A stretch of 64,000 bases of DNA, from assembly GCA_963666425.2 (NCBI GenBank), contig OY762825.2:1696001-1760000 (forward strand). The letters are read 5' to 3'. Under the pieces are notes generated by a model. It saw only the letters and a program-made list of their open reading frames with translations, ran no database searches and was not told the origin of the DNA. Both the position numbers and the translations under genes were made by a program. Shown one piece after another: positions 1 to 10,005 of this stretch. This stretch comes from Bacillota bacterium. Lineage in GTDB: Bacteria; Bacillota; JAAYKD01. Each line of letters opens with the position of its first letter. The first letter of the stretch is position 1.

Positions 1-2274
1 CCGCTGACCTTTTTATCACAGCTGCGTTTTGCCTTCGATCGTTCTCTGGAACTGCAGGGAACCTGCCCGCAGAATTCACTCTACTTTGCAGCGCTCGGCG
101 CCGCACTCTTGGCCGATGAAACGGTCTACGATCTGTCCGCATTGGTTGAGAAAATTAGAAATTTCACGTCCACCGGCAGTTATAAAAGCTGTCCGCCGCT
201 TTTTGCCGAGCAGGCAGACTATCAGGCTTTTCGGGAACGGCACCAAATCGGCAAACCCTTTCCACTTTTTGAGCTTGGCGCCGATCGGGGCGCTTATCTT
301 GGTATCGATGCCGGTTCAACCACGGTCAAGTGTGTTCTGCTGAATACACAGGATGAGGTCATCTTTACCAGTTACCGAGCCAACAGCGGCAATCCGATCC
401 CGATTGTCAAGGAATTTTTAGAGCAAATTTATCAGAAGTTTCCCGAAATTCAGATCATCGGCGCCGCTTCCACCGGTTACGGCGAAGAAATCATCCAAAA
501 GGCGTTTCATCTCGATCAGGGTGTGGTGGAGACGATAGCGCATTATCTGGCTGCCAAGCGTTTCGACCCGCTGGTGGATTTTATTATCGATATTGGCGGG
601 CAGGATATCAAGTGCTTCAAGATAGAAAACGGCGCTATTGGCAATATCTTCTTAAATGAAGCCTGCTCTTCCGGCTGTGGTTCTTTTTTGCAGACTTTTG
701 CCAGCGTTTTGGGTTATTCCATGTCTGATTTTGCTCAAAAGGGAATTTTTGCCGATCGCCCGGTCGATTTGGGTTCCCGCTGCACCGTATTTATGAATTC
801 TTCGGTCAAACAGGCGCAAAAGGACGGCGCCGATATTGAGAATATTTCGGCCGGCTTGTCGATCAGTGTTGTCAAAAATGCCCTCTATAAGGTCATCCGC
901 GCAGCCAGCACCGACGCTTTGGGTACGCATATCGTGGTACAAGGTGGTACTTTCCTCAACGACGCGGTGCTGCGCGCCTTTGAAATGGAAATCGGCCGCC
1001 AGGTAACCAGACCATTGATGTCCGGCTTGATGGGTGCTTTGGGCGCCGCACTCTATGCCAAAGAGCATCAAGCTGAAAAGAGCAGCATTTTAAGTGCGGT
1101 CCAGCTGCTGACGTTTAGTCATTCGGCGCAAGCCATCACCTGCAACGGCTGTTCTAACCACTGCCATCTGACGGTCAATACCTTTGATGACGGCAGACGT
1201 TTTATTGGTGGGAATCGCTGCGAAAAGCCGCTCGCCTTACCGGAAAATCAGAAAAAATACAATCTCTATGATGAAAAAAGACAATGGCTGCAGGTTTATC
1301 AACCCTGTTCTGGTCCGCGTGGCAGCATTGGTATTCCCATGGGCCTGAACATGTATGAGCTTTATTCCTTCTGGTATACCTTTTTTACCGTATTGGGTTT
1401 TGGCGTGAAAACCTCACCGCAGTCCAGCCCCCGGCTCTATCGCAGAGGGCAGCATACCATCCCTTCCGACACGGTTTGCTATCCGGCAAAACTGATGCAC
1501 GGACACGTGGAAGCGCTGGCGGAAGCGGGCGTCGATGCCATTTTTTACCCCTGCATGAGTTATCATTTTGATGAAGAGCTGGGAGATAATCACTATAACT
1601 GTCCGGTGGTGGCTTATTATCCGGAAGTCATCAGCGCCAACGTCAGCTTACCGGCAGGTATGAAACTGATTACAGATTATGTGGGTATTCATCGTCCGGC
1701 GGATTTTCCTAAAAAGATGCAGGCGATTTTACAGCGTGAATTTGGTCCGATCAATTTAGCGGAAGTGGAATACGCAGCCAAAATGGCTTATGAAGAATAT
1801 AGCGCTTACATGCGAAAAATTCGGGATAAAGGCAAAGAATTTTTACAAATTGCCGCCGAAGAAAATCTGCCGGTCATTGTGCTGGCCGGCCGGCCTTACC
1901 ATCTTGATCAGGAAGTCAATCACGGTATTGACAACTTAATCTGCAGCTTTGGGGCGGTGCTGGTCAGTGAGGATGCCGTTTCCGATCAGGTTGAGAAATT
2001 TCCCACGACGGTCTTGAATCAATGGACCTATCATGCCAGACTCTATGCTGCCGCTCGATTTGTAGCCAACAGTAAGAATCCCAAGATCAACTTAGTCCAG
2101 ATGGTTTCTTTCGGCTGCGGCGTGGACGCAATTACCACAGACGAAGTCCGAAAAATCCTGGAAACGGAAGATAAAATCTACACGCAGATCAAAATTGATG
2201 AAATAACCAACCTGGGTGCTGTTAAGGTGCGCTTACGCAGCCTGTTTGCCGCGGTTGGACAGGAAACGAGATGA
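1..2274 (+). CDS. plsA: PlsA-like plasmalogen synthase subunit / 2-hydroxyacyl-CoA dehydratase activase (BadF/BadG/BcrA/BcrD ATPase + DUF2229 domain); 5'-truncated by window edge
   Basis: Frame is open from base 1 (PLTFLSQLRF...). ASKHA motifs GIDAGSTTVK and DIGGQDIK; Fe-S ligands NEACSSGCG and SRCTVF; C-terminal CYPAK and SFGCG motifs. The two-gene layout resembles Clostridium perfringens plsA/plsR. Confidence 0.75.
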   Translation, partial: PLTFLSQLRFAFDRSLELQGTCPQNSLYFAALGAALLADETVYDLSALVEKIRNFTSTGSYKSCPPLFAEQADYQAFRERHQIGKPFPLFELGADRGAYLGIDAGSTTVKCVLLNTQDEVIFTSYRANSGNPIPIVKEFLEQIYQKFPEIQIIGAASTGYGEEIIQKAFHLDQGVVETIAHYLAAKRFDPLVDFIIDIGGQDIKCFKIENGAIGNIFLNEACSSGCGSFLQTFASVLGYSMSDFAQKGIFADRPVDLGSRCTVFMNSSVKQAQKDGADIENISAGLSISVVKNALYKVIRAASTDALGTHIVVQGGTFLNDAVLRAFEMEIGRQVTRPLMSGLMGALGAALYAKEHQAEKSSILSAVQLLTFSHSAQAITCNGCSNHCHLTVNTFDDGRRFIGGNRCEKPLALPENQKKYNLYDEKRQWLQVYQPCSGPRGSIGIPMGLNMYELYSFWYTFFTVLGFGVKTSPQSSPRLYRRGQHTIPSDTVCYPAKLMHGHVEALAEAGVDAIFYPCMSYHFDEELGDNHYNCPVVAYYPEVISANVSLPAGMKLITDYVGIHRPADFPKKMQAILQREFGPINLAEVEYAAKMAYEEYSAYMRKIRDKGKEFLQIAAEENLPVIVLAGRPYHLDQEVNHGIDNLICSFGAVLVSEDAVSDQVEKFPTTVLNQWTYHARLYAAARFVANSKNPKINLVQMVSFGCGVDAITTDEVRKILETEDKIYTQIKIDEITNLGAVKVRLRSLFAAVGQETR

Positions 2275-2280
2275 TACAAG

Positions 2281-3525
2281 ATGGCGGATGAGCAAAATCG
2301 TATTGAATTTACCAAAGAAATGAAGAAGACCTATAAGATCCTTTTTCCGGATATGGCAGATATCCACTTCCGCATCTTGCGCAATGTCTTCGTCAGTTAC
2401 GGTTACGATATTGAACTGCTGACCAACACCGACAGCCGCGTGATTGACGAAGGCTTGAAATATATCCATAACGATGCCTGTTACCCGGCGCTCTTAACCA
2501 CGGGTCAGATGATCAGCGCCTTGAAAAGCGGGAAATACGATCTGAACAAGACGGCATTGATGATGTCGCAGACCGGTGGTGGCTGCCGCGCCTCCAATTA
2601 CATCCATCTGCTGCGCAAGGCATTAATCAATGCCGGGATGGGACAGGTGCCGGTGATTTCGGTGAATTTATCGGGTCTGGAAGAAAACAGCGGTTTTAAA
2701 ATCACGCTGCCAATGCTGCGCAAATCCTTGGCTGCGCTTACTTACGGTGACTTGCTGATGCTGCTCAGCAATCAGACCAGACCATATGAAACCGAACCGG
2801 GCTTGAGCGACCAGACGGTAGAGCATTGGGTCAGCTTTGTTTCCGAGCTGTTTGAAAAAGGCAAAGCCACGAGCACGAAGGAAATAAAAACCTACTGCAG
2901 TGAAATGGTTCATGCTTTTGCCGCGATTCAGCAGCGCGTGGTCAAGAAGGTCAAAGTCGGCATCGTGGGTGAGATCTATGTCAAATACTCCGCCTTGGCC
3001 AACAACAACCTGGAAAAATTACTGGCTGAGCAAGGCTGTGAAGTAATGGTGCCCGGTCTGCTGCAGTTCATGCTGTTTAAGGTGGATAACCGGATTGAGG
3101 ATATCAAACTCTATGGCGGCAGCCGGATAAAAAAATCGATTGTCGGATTACTCTATCAATTCCTCAGACAATTCGAAACTTATTTGATTCAGGCGGTGCA
3201 GCAGAGCCGCTTTACCGTACCTGCCAGTTATGAGCACCTCAAACAACTGGCAGCGCCTCTGATCGGCACCGGCTGCAAAATGGGTGAGGGCTGGCTCTTG
3301 ACCAGCGAGATGCTGGAACTGATCGAAAAAGGTTATGAGAATATCGTCTGTGCACAGCCGTTTGGCTGTCTGCCCAATCATATTGTGGGCAAGGGGATGA
3401 TCCGCCAGATCCGGACGCTCTACCCGCAGGCCAACATCGTGCCGATTGATTACGATGCCGGCGCTACCAAGGTTAACCAAGAGAACCGAATCAAACTGAT
3501 GCTGGCGGTAGCCAGGGAGCAGTAG
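2281..3525 (+). CDS. plsR: PlsR-like 2-hydroxyacyl-CoA dehydratase-family subunit
   Basis: 414 aa; motifs NDACYPA, QTGGGCRASNY, GEGWLL, QPFGCLPNH, IDYDAG; starts 6 bp after the plsA-like gene. Confidence 0.75.
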   Translation: MADEQNRIEFTKEMKKTYKILFPDMADIHFRILRNVFVSYGYDIELLTNTDSRVIDEGLKYIHNDACYPALLTTGQMISALKSGKYDLNKTALMMSQTGGGCRASNYIHLLRKALINAGMGQVPVISVNLSGLEENSGFKITLPMLRKSLAALTYGDLLMLLSNQTRPYETEPGLSDQTVEHWVSFVSELFEKGKATSTKEIKTYCSEMVHAFAAIQQRVVKKVKVGIVGEIYVKYSALANNNLEKLLAEQGCEVMVPGLLQFMLFKVDNRIEDIKLYGGSRIKKSIVGLLYQFLRQFETYLIQAVQQSRFTVPASYEHLKQLAAPLIGTGCKMGEGWLLTSEMLELIEKGYENIVCAQPFGCLPNHIVGKGMIRQIRTLYPQANIVPIDYDAGATKVNQENRIKLMLAVAREQ

Positions 3526-3641
3526 GAGTAGGGGGAGAAGGTTGCAGAATAGGAGTAGACGGAGATGACGAAGTTGAGTTAAGATTGATCTCATTTCACA
3601 GCGATTTTTAACAGGAACCGAACCAACGTAGATGAATATAT

Positions 3642-3685
3642 GCTCATAAAGCACGGTGAAATACCAAACTTTATGAGCTTTTTTT
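3642..3685 (+). terminator. Rho-independent terminator
   Basis: gctcataaag...ctttatgagc stem followed by a T-tract. Confidence 0.65.
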
Positions 3686-3716
3686 ATCATCCGAAGCATA
3701 ACTGTTTTCTTTGTTT

Positions 3717-3892
3717 GGAAAAATGTGCGAATACTTAGTTGAAAAAGCCGGAAAAATGTGCGAATACTTAGTTGAAAAAGCCGGAAAAATGTGCGAATAC
3801 TTAGTTGAAAAAGCCGGAAAAATGTGCGAATACTTAGTTGAAAAAGCCGGAAAAATGTGCTAATATTTAGTTGAAAAAGCCGGAAAAATGTG
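3717..3892. repeat. 33-bp tandem repeat, 5.3 copies (GGAAAAATGTGCGAATACTTAGTTGAAAAAGCC)
   Basis: Four identical units at 3717, 3750, 3783 and 3816; a fifth at 3849 with 2 mismatches; an 11-bp partial unit at 3882; no spacers. Confidence 0.97.
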
Positions 3893-3899
3893 TTATGCT
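3871..3899 (+). promoter_or_regulatory. sigma70-type promoter formed by the last repeat unit
   Basis: TTGAAA(3871)-17 bp-TATGCT(3894) with an extended TG. Confidence 0.55.
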
Positions 3900-3931
3900 G
3901 TTGCTGTCCAAAGAAAGGGTGGTGCTTTTTT

Positions 3932-5224
3932 GTGAAACGCAATGCGATTCAGGCTCTCAAGTTATGGAAAGCCAGTAAAGATCGGAAACCAATGGTGTTG
4001 AAAGGCGCACGGCAGGTCGGCAAAACCTGGCTGATGAAGGAATTTGGAAAGAACTATTATGAAAATTACGCCTACTTTAATTTTGACGAGGAAGATGAAT
4101 TGAAATCCATCTTCGAAATGAATAAAAACCCGCAGCGGATCATTGAACTACTCTCCCTCATTGCTGGGTTAAAGATTTTACCCGGCAAGACACTCGTTCT
4201 TTTTGATGAAATCCAGGAATGCCCAGACGCCTTGAATGCACTCAAATACTTTAAAGAGAATGCTAATGAATATCATGTGATCGCGGCTGGAAGTCTACTC
4301 GGAACCTTGCTCTCACAGCCAAAGTCTTATCCGGTCGGTATGGTCAATCTTTTGAATGTCTATCCCCTCACCTTTGATGAGTATTTGGTAGCCTGCGATG
4401 AGTCTTTATTTAGCTATTATGGAAGTATCCAAAAGGAGCTGCAAATTGAAGAGATTTTCCATCATCGGTTATTGGAGGCATATCAAAACTATCTCATCAT
4501 CGGCGGTATGCCGGAATGTGTTGCCTCATGGATCAAATACAAGGATCCTCAGAAAATTTCACGGATACAGCAGGAACTGATTGAAGTTTACGAGAATGAT
4601 TTTTCCAAACACAATGGGCAGGTCAACAGCGTCCGCATTCTGATGGTTTTTCGCAGCATTGCCACGCAACTGGCTAAAACAAATGAGAAATTTATGTATG
4701 GTGCCGTTCGAGATGGCGGCAGAGCAAGAGATTTTGAGGAAGCGATCGAGTGGCTGGTTTCAGCCGGAATGTTGAACCGACTCTACAATGTTGCAAAAAC
4801 CGAGCACCCACTTTCGGCTTTTGACAGACTCGATTGCTTCAAATTGTTTGTCTTCGATACCGGACTTCTCAAGCACATGGCTGGTATTGATAACAGCGCA
4901 ATTTTGCTTAAGTCTAACTATCAGTTCAAAGGTCAGCTGACGGAGAACTATGTTTTACAGCAGCTTCGCGGTCAGTTTGAAGTTGAGCCGAGATACTACT
5001 CAGATAAAACAGGCGAGATCGATTTCGTGCTGCAAAACGGAACAGAAATTATCCCGGTGGAAGTAAAAAGCGGTGAAGATAAAACCGCTCCTTCATTTAA
5101 GCGCTATATTGCCGAATACCAACCCAAGTGCGCCATACGCTTTTCTAAGCGTGGTTATTTAAAAAACGGTATGATTACAAATATTCCGCTTTATCTCGTC
5201 AATAAAACAAAAGAACTTATCTGA
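3932..5224 (+). CDS. AAA_14 ATPase with DUF4143 and C-terminal PD-(D/E)xK-like domain
   Basis: GTG start after an AAAGGGTGGT RBS; Walker A GARQVGKT, Walker B LFDEIQ, GGMPE, C-terminal EIDF...PVEVKSG. Confidence 0.88.
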   Translation: MKRNAIQALKLWKASKDRKPMVLKGARQVGKTWLMKEFGKNYYENYAYFNFDEEDELKSIFEMNKNPQRIIELLSLIAGLKILPGKTLVLFDEIQECPDALNALKYFKENANEYHVIAAGSLLGTLLSQPKSYPVGMVNLLNVYPLTFDEYLVACDESLFSYYGSIQKELQIEEIFHHRLLEAYQNYLIIGGMPECVASWIKYKDPQKISRIQQELIEVYENDFSKHNGQVNSVRILMVFRSIATQLAKTNEKFMYGAVRDGGRARDFEEAIEWLVSAGMLNRLYNVAKTEHPLSAFDRLDCFKLFVFDTGLLKHMAGIDNSAILLKSNYQFKGQLTENYVLQQLRGQFEVEPRYYSDKTGEIDFVLQNGTEIIPVEVKSGEDKTAPSFKRYIAEYQPKCAIRFSKRGYLKNGMITNIPLYLVNKTKELI

Positions 5225-5327
5225 CAGAGTCAAAGCTGGAATAAAATAGAATCTGTTACAGTTCCTATTTCGTGTTCTAGTATATATTCCTAGCTTTTCT
5301 CGTGCTTAGAATCTCATTGATAGCAGC

Positions 5328-5696
5328 GTGAAAAAATGCAATATGCAATCACTTTTGGCAGAAGATAATGCATTTTTACCCATCATAAAAAAGGCAGAGT
5401 TGTTTTGCGGTGTCAGCATCCAATCGGGAGGATACGGAATCAGCTGGGGCGAAAATCTGAGTATTGCTGATCACATTTTGTATGACTGCGGTGTAGACGT
5501 GCCGTTGTCTTTGGATGATTTCCGGCAATTTGTAGCAAATCGCGTTGTCAATACTGCCGAAGCCGCCAAATTGCTGCAATGCTCCCGACAAAACATCAAC
5601 GATCTGATCCGACGCGGCAAGCTCCAGCCGCTGAAGGCTATGGCAAAGAACAAACTATTTTTGATGAGTGAAATCATGCAGCGAAATTGGAAATAG
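5328..5696 (+). pseudogene. DUF2442-like + HTH_17 (excisionase-type) protein, probably N-terminally truncated
   Basis: GGYGISWGENLSI (DUF2442-like) and TAEAAKLLQCSRQNINDLIRRGKL (HTH); no clear RBS; begins mid-domain. Confidence 0.5.
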
Positions 5697-5724
5697 CGAG
5701 ACAGTTGAAAGTGAGGTTTTACCA

Positions 5725-6531
5725 ATGCAAGACAAACTGCTGGCAACCACAAGAGGATCGGTAGCCTATTGGATTAACCGCCATGAGAATCCCAAGGCGA
5801 AGTGTCTTGTTTTTACGCACGGGCTGACGGCTGACCACTCCATGTTCGAAAAACAGCTTGCCTATTTTGAATTGTCGTATACGGTTATTACCTGGGATGT
5901 TCCCCTGCATGGACAATCCCGCCCTTATACGAATTTTTCTTACGAAAACTGTGCGGAGGATTTGTTGGGGATTTTGAAGCAGGAAGCAATCTCCAAGGTC
6001 ATCTTGGTTGGGATGTCAATGGGGGGTTATCCCAGCCAGGAATTTGCTTTCCATTATCCTGAAATGGTGGAAGGCTTTGTCGCTCTGGATACCACGCCTT
6101 TTGGCATTGGTTATTATTCAAAATCCGATCTCTGGTGGCTCAGACAGGTAGCTCCCCTGGCAAGGCTCTTCCCCGAAAGTGTTTTACGGAATAGTATGGC
6201 GAAATCGGTTGCCAAGACAAAATACGCCTATGATAAGATGGTGGAAATGCTCAAACCCTTAACCAAAACACAAATTATCGAGCAAATGGATATTGCCTAT
6301 GGGGTTTTCACCAAGGAAAATAAGAATGTCAATTTCCTGTTCCCGGTGTTGATTTTATTGGGCGAATTTGATACGACCGGAAAAGTCAAACAATATTGTC
6401 AGGAATGGTCCAAAAAAACAGGTTACCCGCTGCACATCATCAAGAATGCCGCACATTTTTCCAATGGCGACAATCCGGAGCAGGTCAATGCTGAAATACA
6501 AGGATTTATTAAAACATCACTCGGTGACTGA
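5725..6531 (+). CDS. alpha/beta hydrolase
   Basis: HGLT oxyanion motif, GMSMGG nucleophile elbow, GEFD and AAH catalytic residues; GAGG RBS before ATG 5725. Confidence 0.88.
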   Translation: MQDKLLATTRGSVAYWINRHENPKAKCLVFTHGLTADHSMFEKQLAYFELSYTVITWDVPLHGQSRPYTNFSYENCAEDLLGILKQEAISKVILVGMSMGGYPSQEFAFHYPEMVEGFVALDTTPFGIGYYSKSDLWWLRQVAPLARLFPESVLRNSMAKSVAKTKYAYDKMVEMLKPLTKTQIIEQMDIAYGVFTKENKNVNFLFPVLILLGEFDTTGKVKQYCQEWSKKTGYPLHIIKNAAHFSNGDNPEQVNAEIQGFIKTSLGD

Positions 6532-6616
6532 GGTGGCAAAGAAGCAAAAGCGGTGAAGGCAGCTCTGCGCGGTTTGAAAGCGCGCAATAGGAATTTTTAG
6601 TGCAAGAAAAAGAGGA

Positions 6617-7120
6617 GTGGATTGGATGAAAACCCTGAATCAACAGATAGCCGATTATACCGAATTGCTGCGACAGGGAGAATTGCAGATTGCGTATCGC
6701 AGCATCCTCAATTACATGGGCAAATTGCGCAGTGATTTTGCTGCGCTGCACCCGGAATATGAGATCAGCGGCAGCATCTATCAGGGCTATCTGGACATGA
6801 CTTATTTTTCGGTAATACCTGCCGCTCTGAAAGCGAAAGGGCTGAAAATTGCGGTTGTTTATCTGCACGAGAAGGGTTCTTTTGAAGTGTGGCTTTCCGC
6901 CAGGAACAGAGCGACGCTCAGAAAATACAAGCCAACAGGCGACAGCAAGCTTTGGCACGGGTTCTCTGTTTTCCATGATCCGGAGAATGGAGATGCCGCC
7001 TTCGAATCTACGCTGACGTCTGAGCCGGATTTTGATGAGCAGAATTCACTGACGCAGCTCATCGTGAGCGGGACGGAAAAATTCATCTCTGCTGTCACAA
7101 CGAACCTTTTGATGGAATGA
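6617..7120 (+). CDS. conserved hypothetical protein (DUF7000-like)
   Basis: GAGGAG RBS; YQGYLDMTYF and FEVWLSARNR motifs. Confidence 0.65.
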   Translation: MDWMKTLNQQIADYTELLRQGELQIAYRSILNYMGKLRSDFAALHPEYEISGSIYQGYLDMTYFSVIPAALKAKGLKIAVVYLHEKGSFEVWLSARNRATLRKYKPTGDSKLWHGFSVFHDPENGDAAFESTLTSEPDFDEQNSLTQLIVSGTEKFISAVTTNLLME

Positions 7121-7144
7121 GGCTTGCCGAGAGATTGACAAACG

Positions 7145-7198
7145 CAAAAAAACAGCATCATAAATCGACAGCCAAGCCACTGCCGATTTATGATGCTA
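7145..7198. terminator. terminator hairpin between convergent genes
   Basis: agcatcataaatcg...cgatttatgatgct stem with an upstream A-tract. Confidence 0.7.
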
Positions 7199-7212
7199 TA
7201 GTATGGAGAATT

Positions 7213-8049
7213 TTACTGGTTGATTGAAATTGTCTTTACTGTAAATCCATGGTATCCTTCGTCAAAGATTTTCTTTAATGCTGTATTGCCTCCGGTTTCC
7301 CATTGTTCGGCGAGATAGAGCATACCGCTCATACAAGCGTATTTTTCATAATACTGACCGCAAAACGCCTCGTATAAATACTTTTGCTGAATTTCCGGAG
7401 TTGATTCGGCAAGAGCTGCACTCATTTTATGATTACTTCGTTCTTTTATTTTTTCCAAGTCAGTCGTATGCCAATCAATTGTATGGATTTCTTTGGCTTT
7501 ATAAGATACCAAATGTGCAAATGCTTCATGAAACGTATTTGCATCGAAACGCGTAAGATAATTTTTGCTTTCAGTGTCATCATCGATATTCGGAACAGAA
7601 CATCCTATCAAAATATGGCATAGTTCATGGGTTAGAAGATTTTGCACGATTTCCGTAATGTCACGCTGCCCAACGTATTGTGCCCAGCACAGCATGTCAA
7701 AAATGACATGTTGTTTTCCGGTGGCATCTCGTTCTACAATCGCATCGTACGGTTGCGGCAAGCCGACAATCAAATCGACTGTTACATCAGCCAGAATTGC
7801 AGGCCAGCTGGGAAACAACGTATTCCAAATAAGTAGATTCGATGGTATAAATTCGGCTGCTGTTTTTTCGATTGCTTTACAAGCAATTTCCACTTTTCTT
7901 GTATGATCTTTGTCATAAATAGGTTCTTGGAAAATATTGCTTCCTTGGCTTCTGGCAATCGATGAATTCGAGAAATACCACTCTTGAGAATAATCACTTA
8001 CTTTTCCACCGGATAAATAGGCGCTGACTATTTTGTTGTTTATTCTCAT
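7213..8049 (-). CDS. putative Zn-dependent peptidase (HExxH)
   Basis: LTHELCH followed by a downstream HEAFAH; GGAGGT RBS. Confidence 0.65.
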   Translation of the reverse strand: MRINNKIVSAYLSGGKVSDYSQEWYFSNSSIARSQGSNIFQEPIYDKDHTRKVEIACKAIEKTAAEFIPSNLLIWNTLFPSWPAILADVTVDLIVGLPQPYDAIVERDATGKQHVIFDMLCWAQYVGQRDITEIVQNLLTHELCHILIGCSVPNIDDDTESKNYLTRFDANTFHEAFAHLVSYKAKEIHTIDWHTTDLEKIKERSNHKMSAALAESTPEIQQKYLYEAFCGQYYEKYACMSGMLYLAEQWETGGNTALKKIFDEGYHGFTVKTISINQ

Positions 8050-8310
8050 CGATAGACTACCTCCACTAAAATTGAAATAATCATATCACATTACCAGCCT
8101 GCATTCAATAAAGATGTTATAAATCGTTGCTAATAGTTAATTTTTACCCTTATGCTGAATTCATTGCCGAAACAGAAAAAGTACATTGCATATTTGTGAG
8201 TAATATTACAAATATCTGCCGCATTTTTTCTGTTGCAGCGAATGGTCTGCAGATTTGACAATCAGACTGGTGAATCATTACAGAGGCGCATCAATAAGGA
8301 GAAACACGAA

Positions 8311-8790
8311 ATGTCTAAACTCGAAATTACCAACATGGTGATGGTCCAAGACAAACTAAGCGGCCAGGTTATCGTTCAGGAGAGAATCAAAAACTGGTGC
8401 GGCTGTGCTTTTCCCGGCGGTCACGTCGAAAACGGAGAAAGTATTTACGACAGCGCTGTGCGTGAAATCAAAGAAGAAACCGGGCTAACTATCCAAAACC
8501 TCAAATCTTGTGGTTTGATCTACTGGTTCAATAATAAAACCGAGGATCGCTATTTTGTTCATTTATATCGTACGACCGATTATACCGGTGAACTGATCGA
8601 GAGGAGCGAGGAAGGCAGCGTATTCTGGATGAGTCTTGACGAACTTGTTGCAAGGAAGCTTGCTCCCAATTTCAAAGAGTATCTGCCGATTTTTCTGGAA
8701 AACAAGTTTTCGGAAGCGTATTGCTCCTGGAATGACGATATGCAGGCTGATCTGACAAAGGATAATCCCTGGGGGATCATCTACAGGTAG
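8311..8790 (+). CDS. NUDIX hydrolase (MutT / 8-oxo-dGTPase-like)
   Basis: Nudix box GGHVENGESIYDSAVREIKEETGL; AAGGAG RBS. Confidence 0.9.
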   Translation: MSKLEITNMVMVQDKLSGQVIVQERIKNWCGCAFPGGHVENGESIYDSAVREIKEETGLTIQNLKSCGLIYWFNNKTEDRYFVHLYRTTDYTGELIERSEEGSVFWMSLDELVARKLAPNFKEYLPIFLENKFSEAYCSWNDDMQADLTKDNPWGIIYR

Positions 8791-8861
8791 GAGCAGTAAA
8801 CAAGGTAAATTTTACCAAAAAACGTGCAGCATTTTAGATTGATGGAGGATGAGAACGAGAC

Positions 8862-9848
8862 ATGAAATATCAAACCCCAGCCAATTTTTCTGGTTGTCTG
8901 CTTGCGACACAAAAAGGGGAAACACTGGCAGCGGCAAGCTTTGGCTATATGGATTTGGCGAATAAAATGCCAAATCGGATTGATACCCGCTTTGCTACCG
9001 CTTCAGCAGGTAAGATATTTGTCGCCGTCGCAATTTTACAGCTGATAGAAGCCGGTAAGCTGCGATTCGACAGTCCAATTGGAGAGTATCTTCATTTTGA
9101 TCTGCACGCGATTGACCGCGTAATCACAGTAGAGCAGCTGCTTACGCACACATCCGGTATTCCCGATTACTTCGACGAAAGCGTCATGCAGGATTATGAC
9201 GAGTTGTGGCGTGACTACCCAAATTATAAAATTCGTAAGTCGTCCGATTTGATTCCTTTGTTTATTGATAAACCGATGATCTATCCCCGCGGTGAGAAAT
9301 TTCAATATAATAACACCGGCTTTGTAGTTCTTGGCTTAATCATAGAGGAGCTTACAGGTGTTTTATTTGATGAATACCTGCAAAAAGCAGTTTTTCAACC
9401 GTGTGAAATGCTGGATACCGGTTATTTTGCACTGGATCGGCTTCCGGAGCGCTGTGCAAATTCTTACATCTGTGACGAGCAAAATGGTAATTATCATACC
9501 AACATTTATAGTGTTGATGTCAAAGGGACCGGTGCGGGCGGAGCATTCACCACGGTTTGGGATATCAATCGCTTTTGGAGTGCCTTGTTGACTTTTCGAT
9601 TACTTTCTGCACCAATGACCAAAAAAATGCTCGTTCCTCACGCGGGCAGCGGTAAAGCACAGTATGGCTTGGGTGTTTGGCTGGATCAAACGGCAGCAGG
9701 CAGCTTTACACCGCATATAGAAGGCAGTGATCCGGGTGTCAGTTTCATTTCGAGTTATGATCTTGATAGGGAACTCTGCGTAACGGTTGTCAGCAATTTT
9801 GGACATAATGTATGGCGGCTGCAAAAAGAAATATTCAATTCTATTTAA
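8862..9848 (+). CDS. serine hydrolase (beta-lactamase class C / PBP family)
   Basis: SAGK (SxxK), LLTHTSG and YNN motifs. Confidence 0.85.
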   Translation: MKYQTPANFSGCLLATQKGETLAAASFGYMDLANKMPNRIDTRFATASAGKIFVAVAILQLIEAGKLRFDSPIGEYLHFDLHAIDRVITVEQLLTHTSGIPDYFDESVMQDYDELWRDYPNYKIRKSSDLIPLFIDKPMIYPRGEKFQYNNTGFVVLGLIIEELTGVLFDEYLQKAVFQPCEMLDTGYFALDRLPERCANSYICDEQNGNYHTNIYSVDVKGTGAGGAFTTVWDINRFWSALLTFRLLSAPMTKKMLVPHAGSGKAQYGLGVWLDQTAAGSFTPHIEGSDPGVSFISSYDLDRELCVTVVSNFGHNVWRLQKEIFNSI

Positions 9849-9956
9849 AGCTGAGTAACCGAATGCGCGGCGGTTTTGGATGCGCCTAGATGGATAGATG
9901 ATAACCCATTCAGTATTATTCTTTGCTCCCTTGAGACTCGCTCAAACGGTGTACTC

Positions 9957-10005
9957 GATCTTTGCCAGGCAGGCTGACACAAGCTGCCTGGCAAAGATCT
10001 TTTTT
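9957..10005 (+). terminator. Rho-independent terminator
   Basis: 16-bp stem gatctttgccaggcag/ctgcctggcaaagatc plus T6. Confidence 0.75.

Noticed and set aside
3717-3892. CRISPR array
   Set aside because: The units are contiguous with no unique spacers, and no cas genes are present
3148-3942. 264-aa minus-strand ORF with IRTFFRLFQLS repeats
   Set aside because: A by-product of the 33-bp (11-codon) repeat; it overlaps plsR antisense
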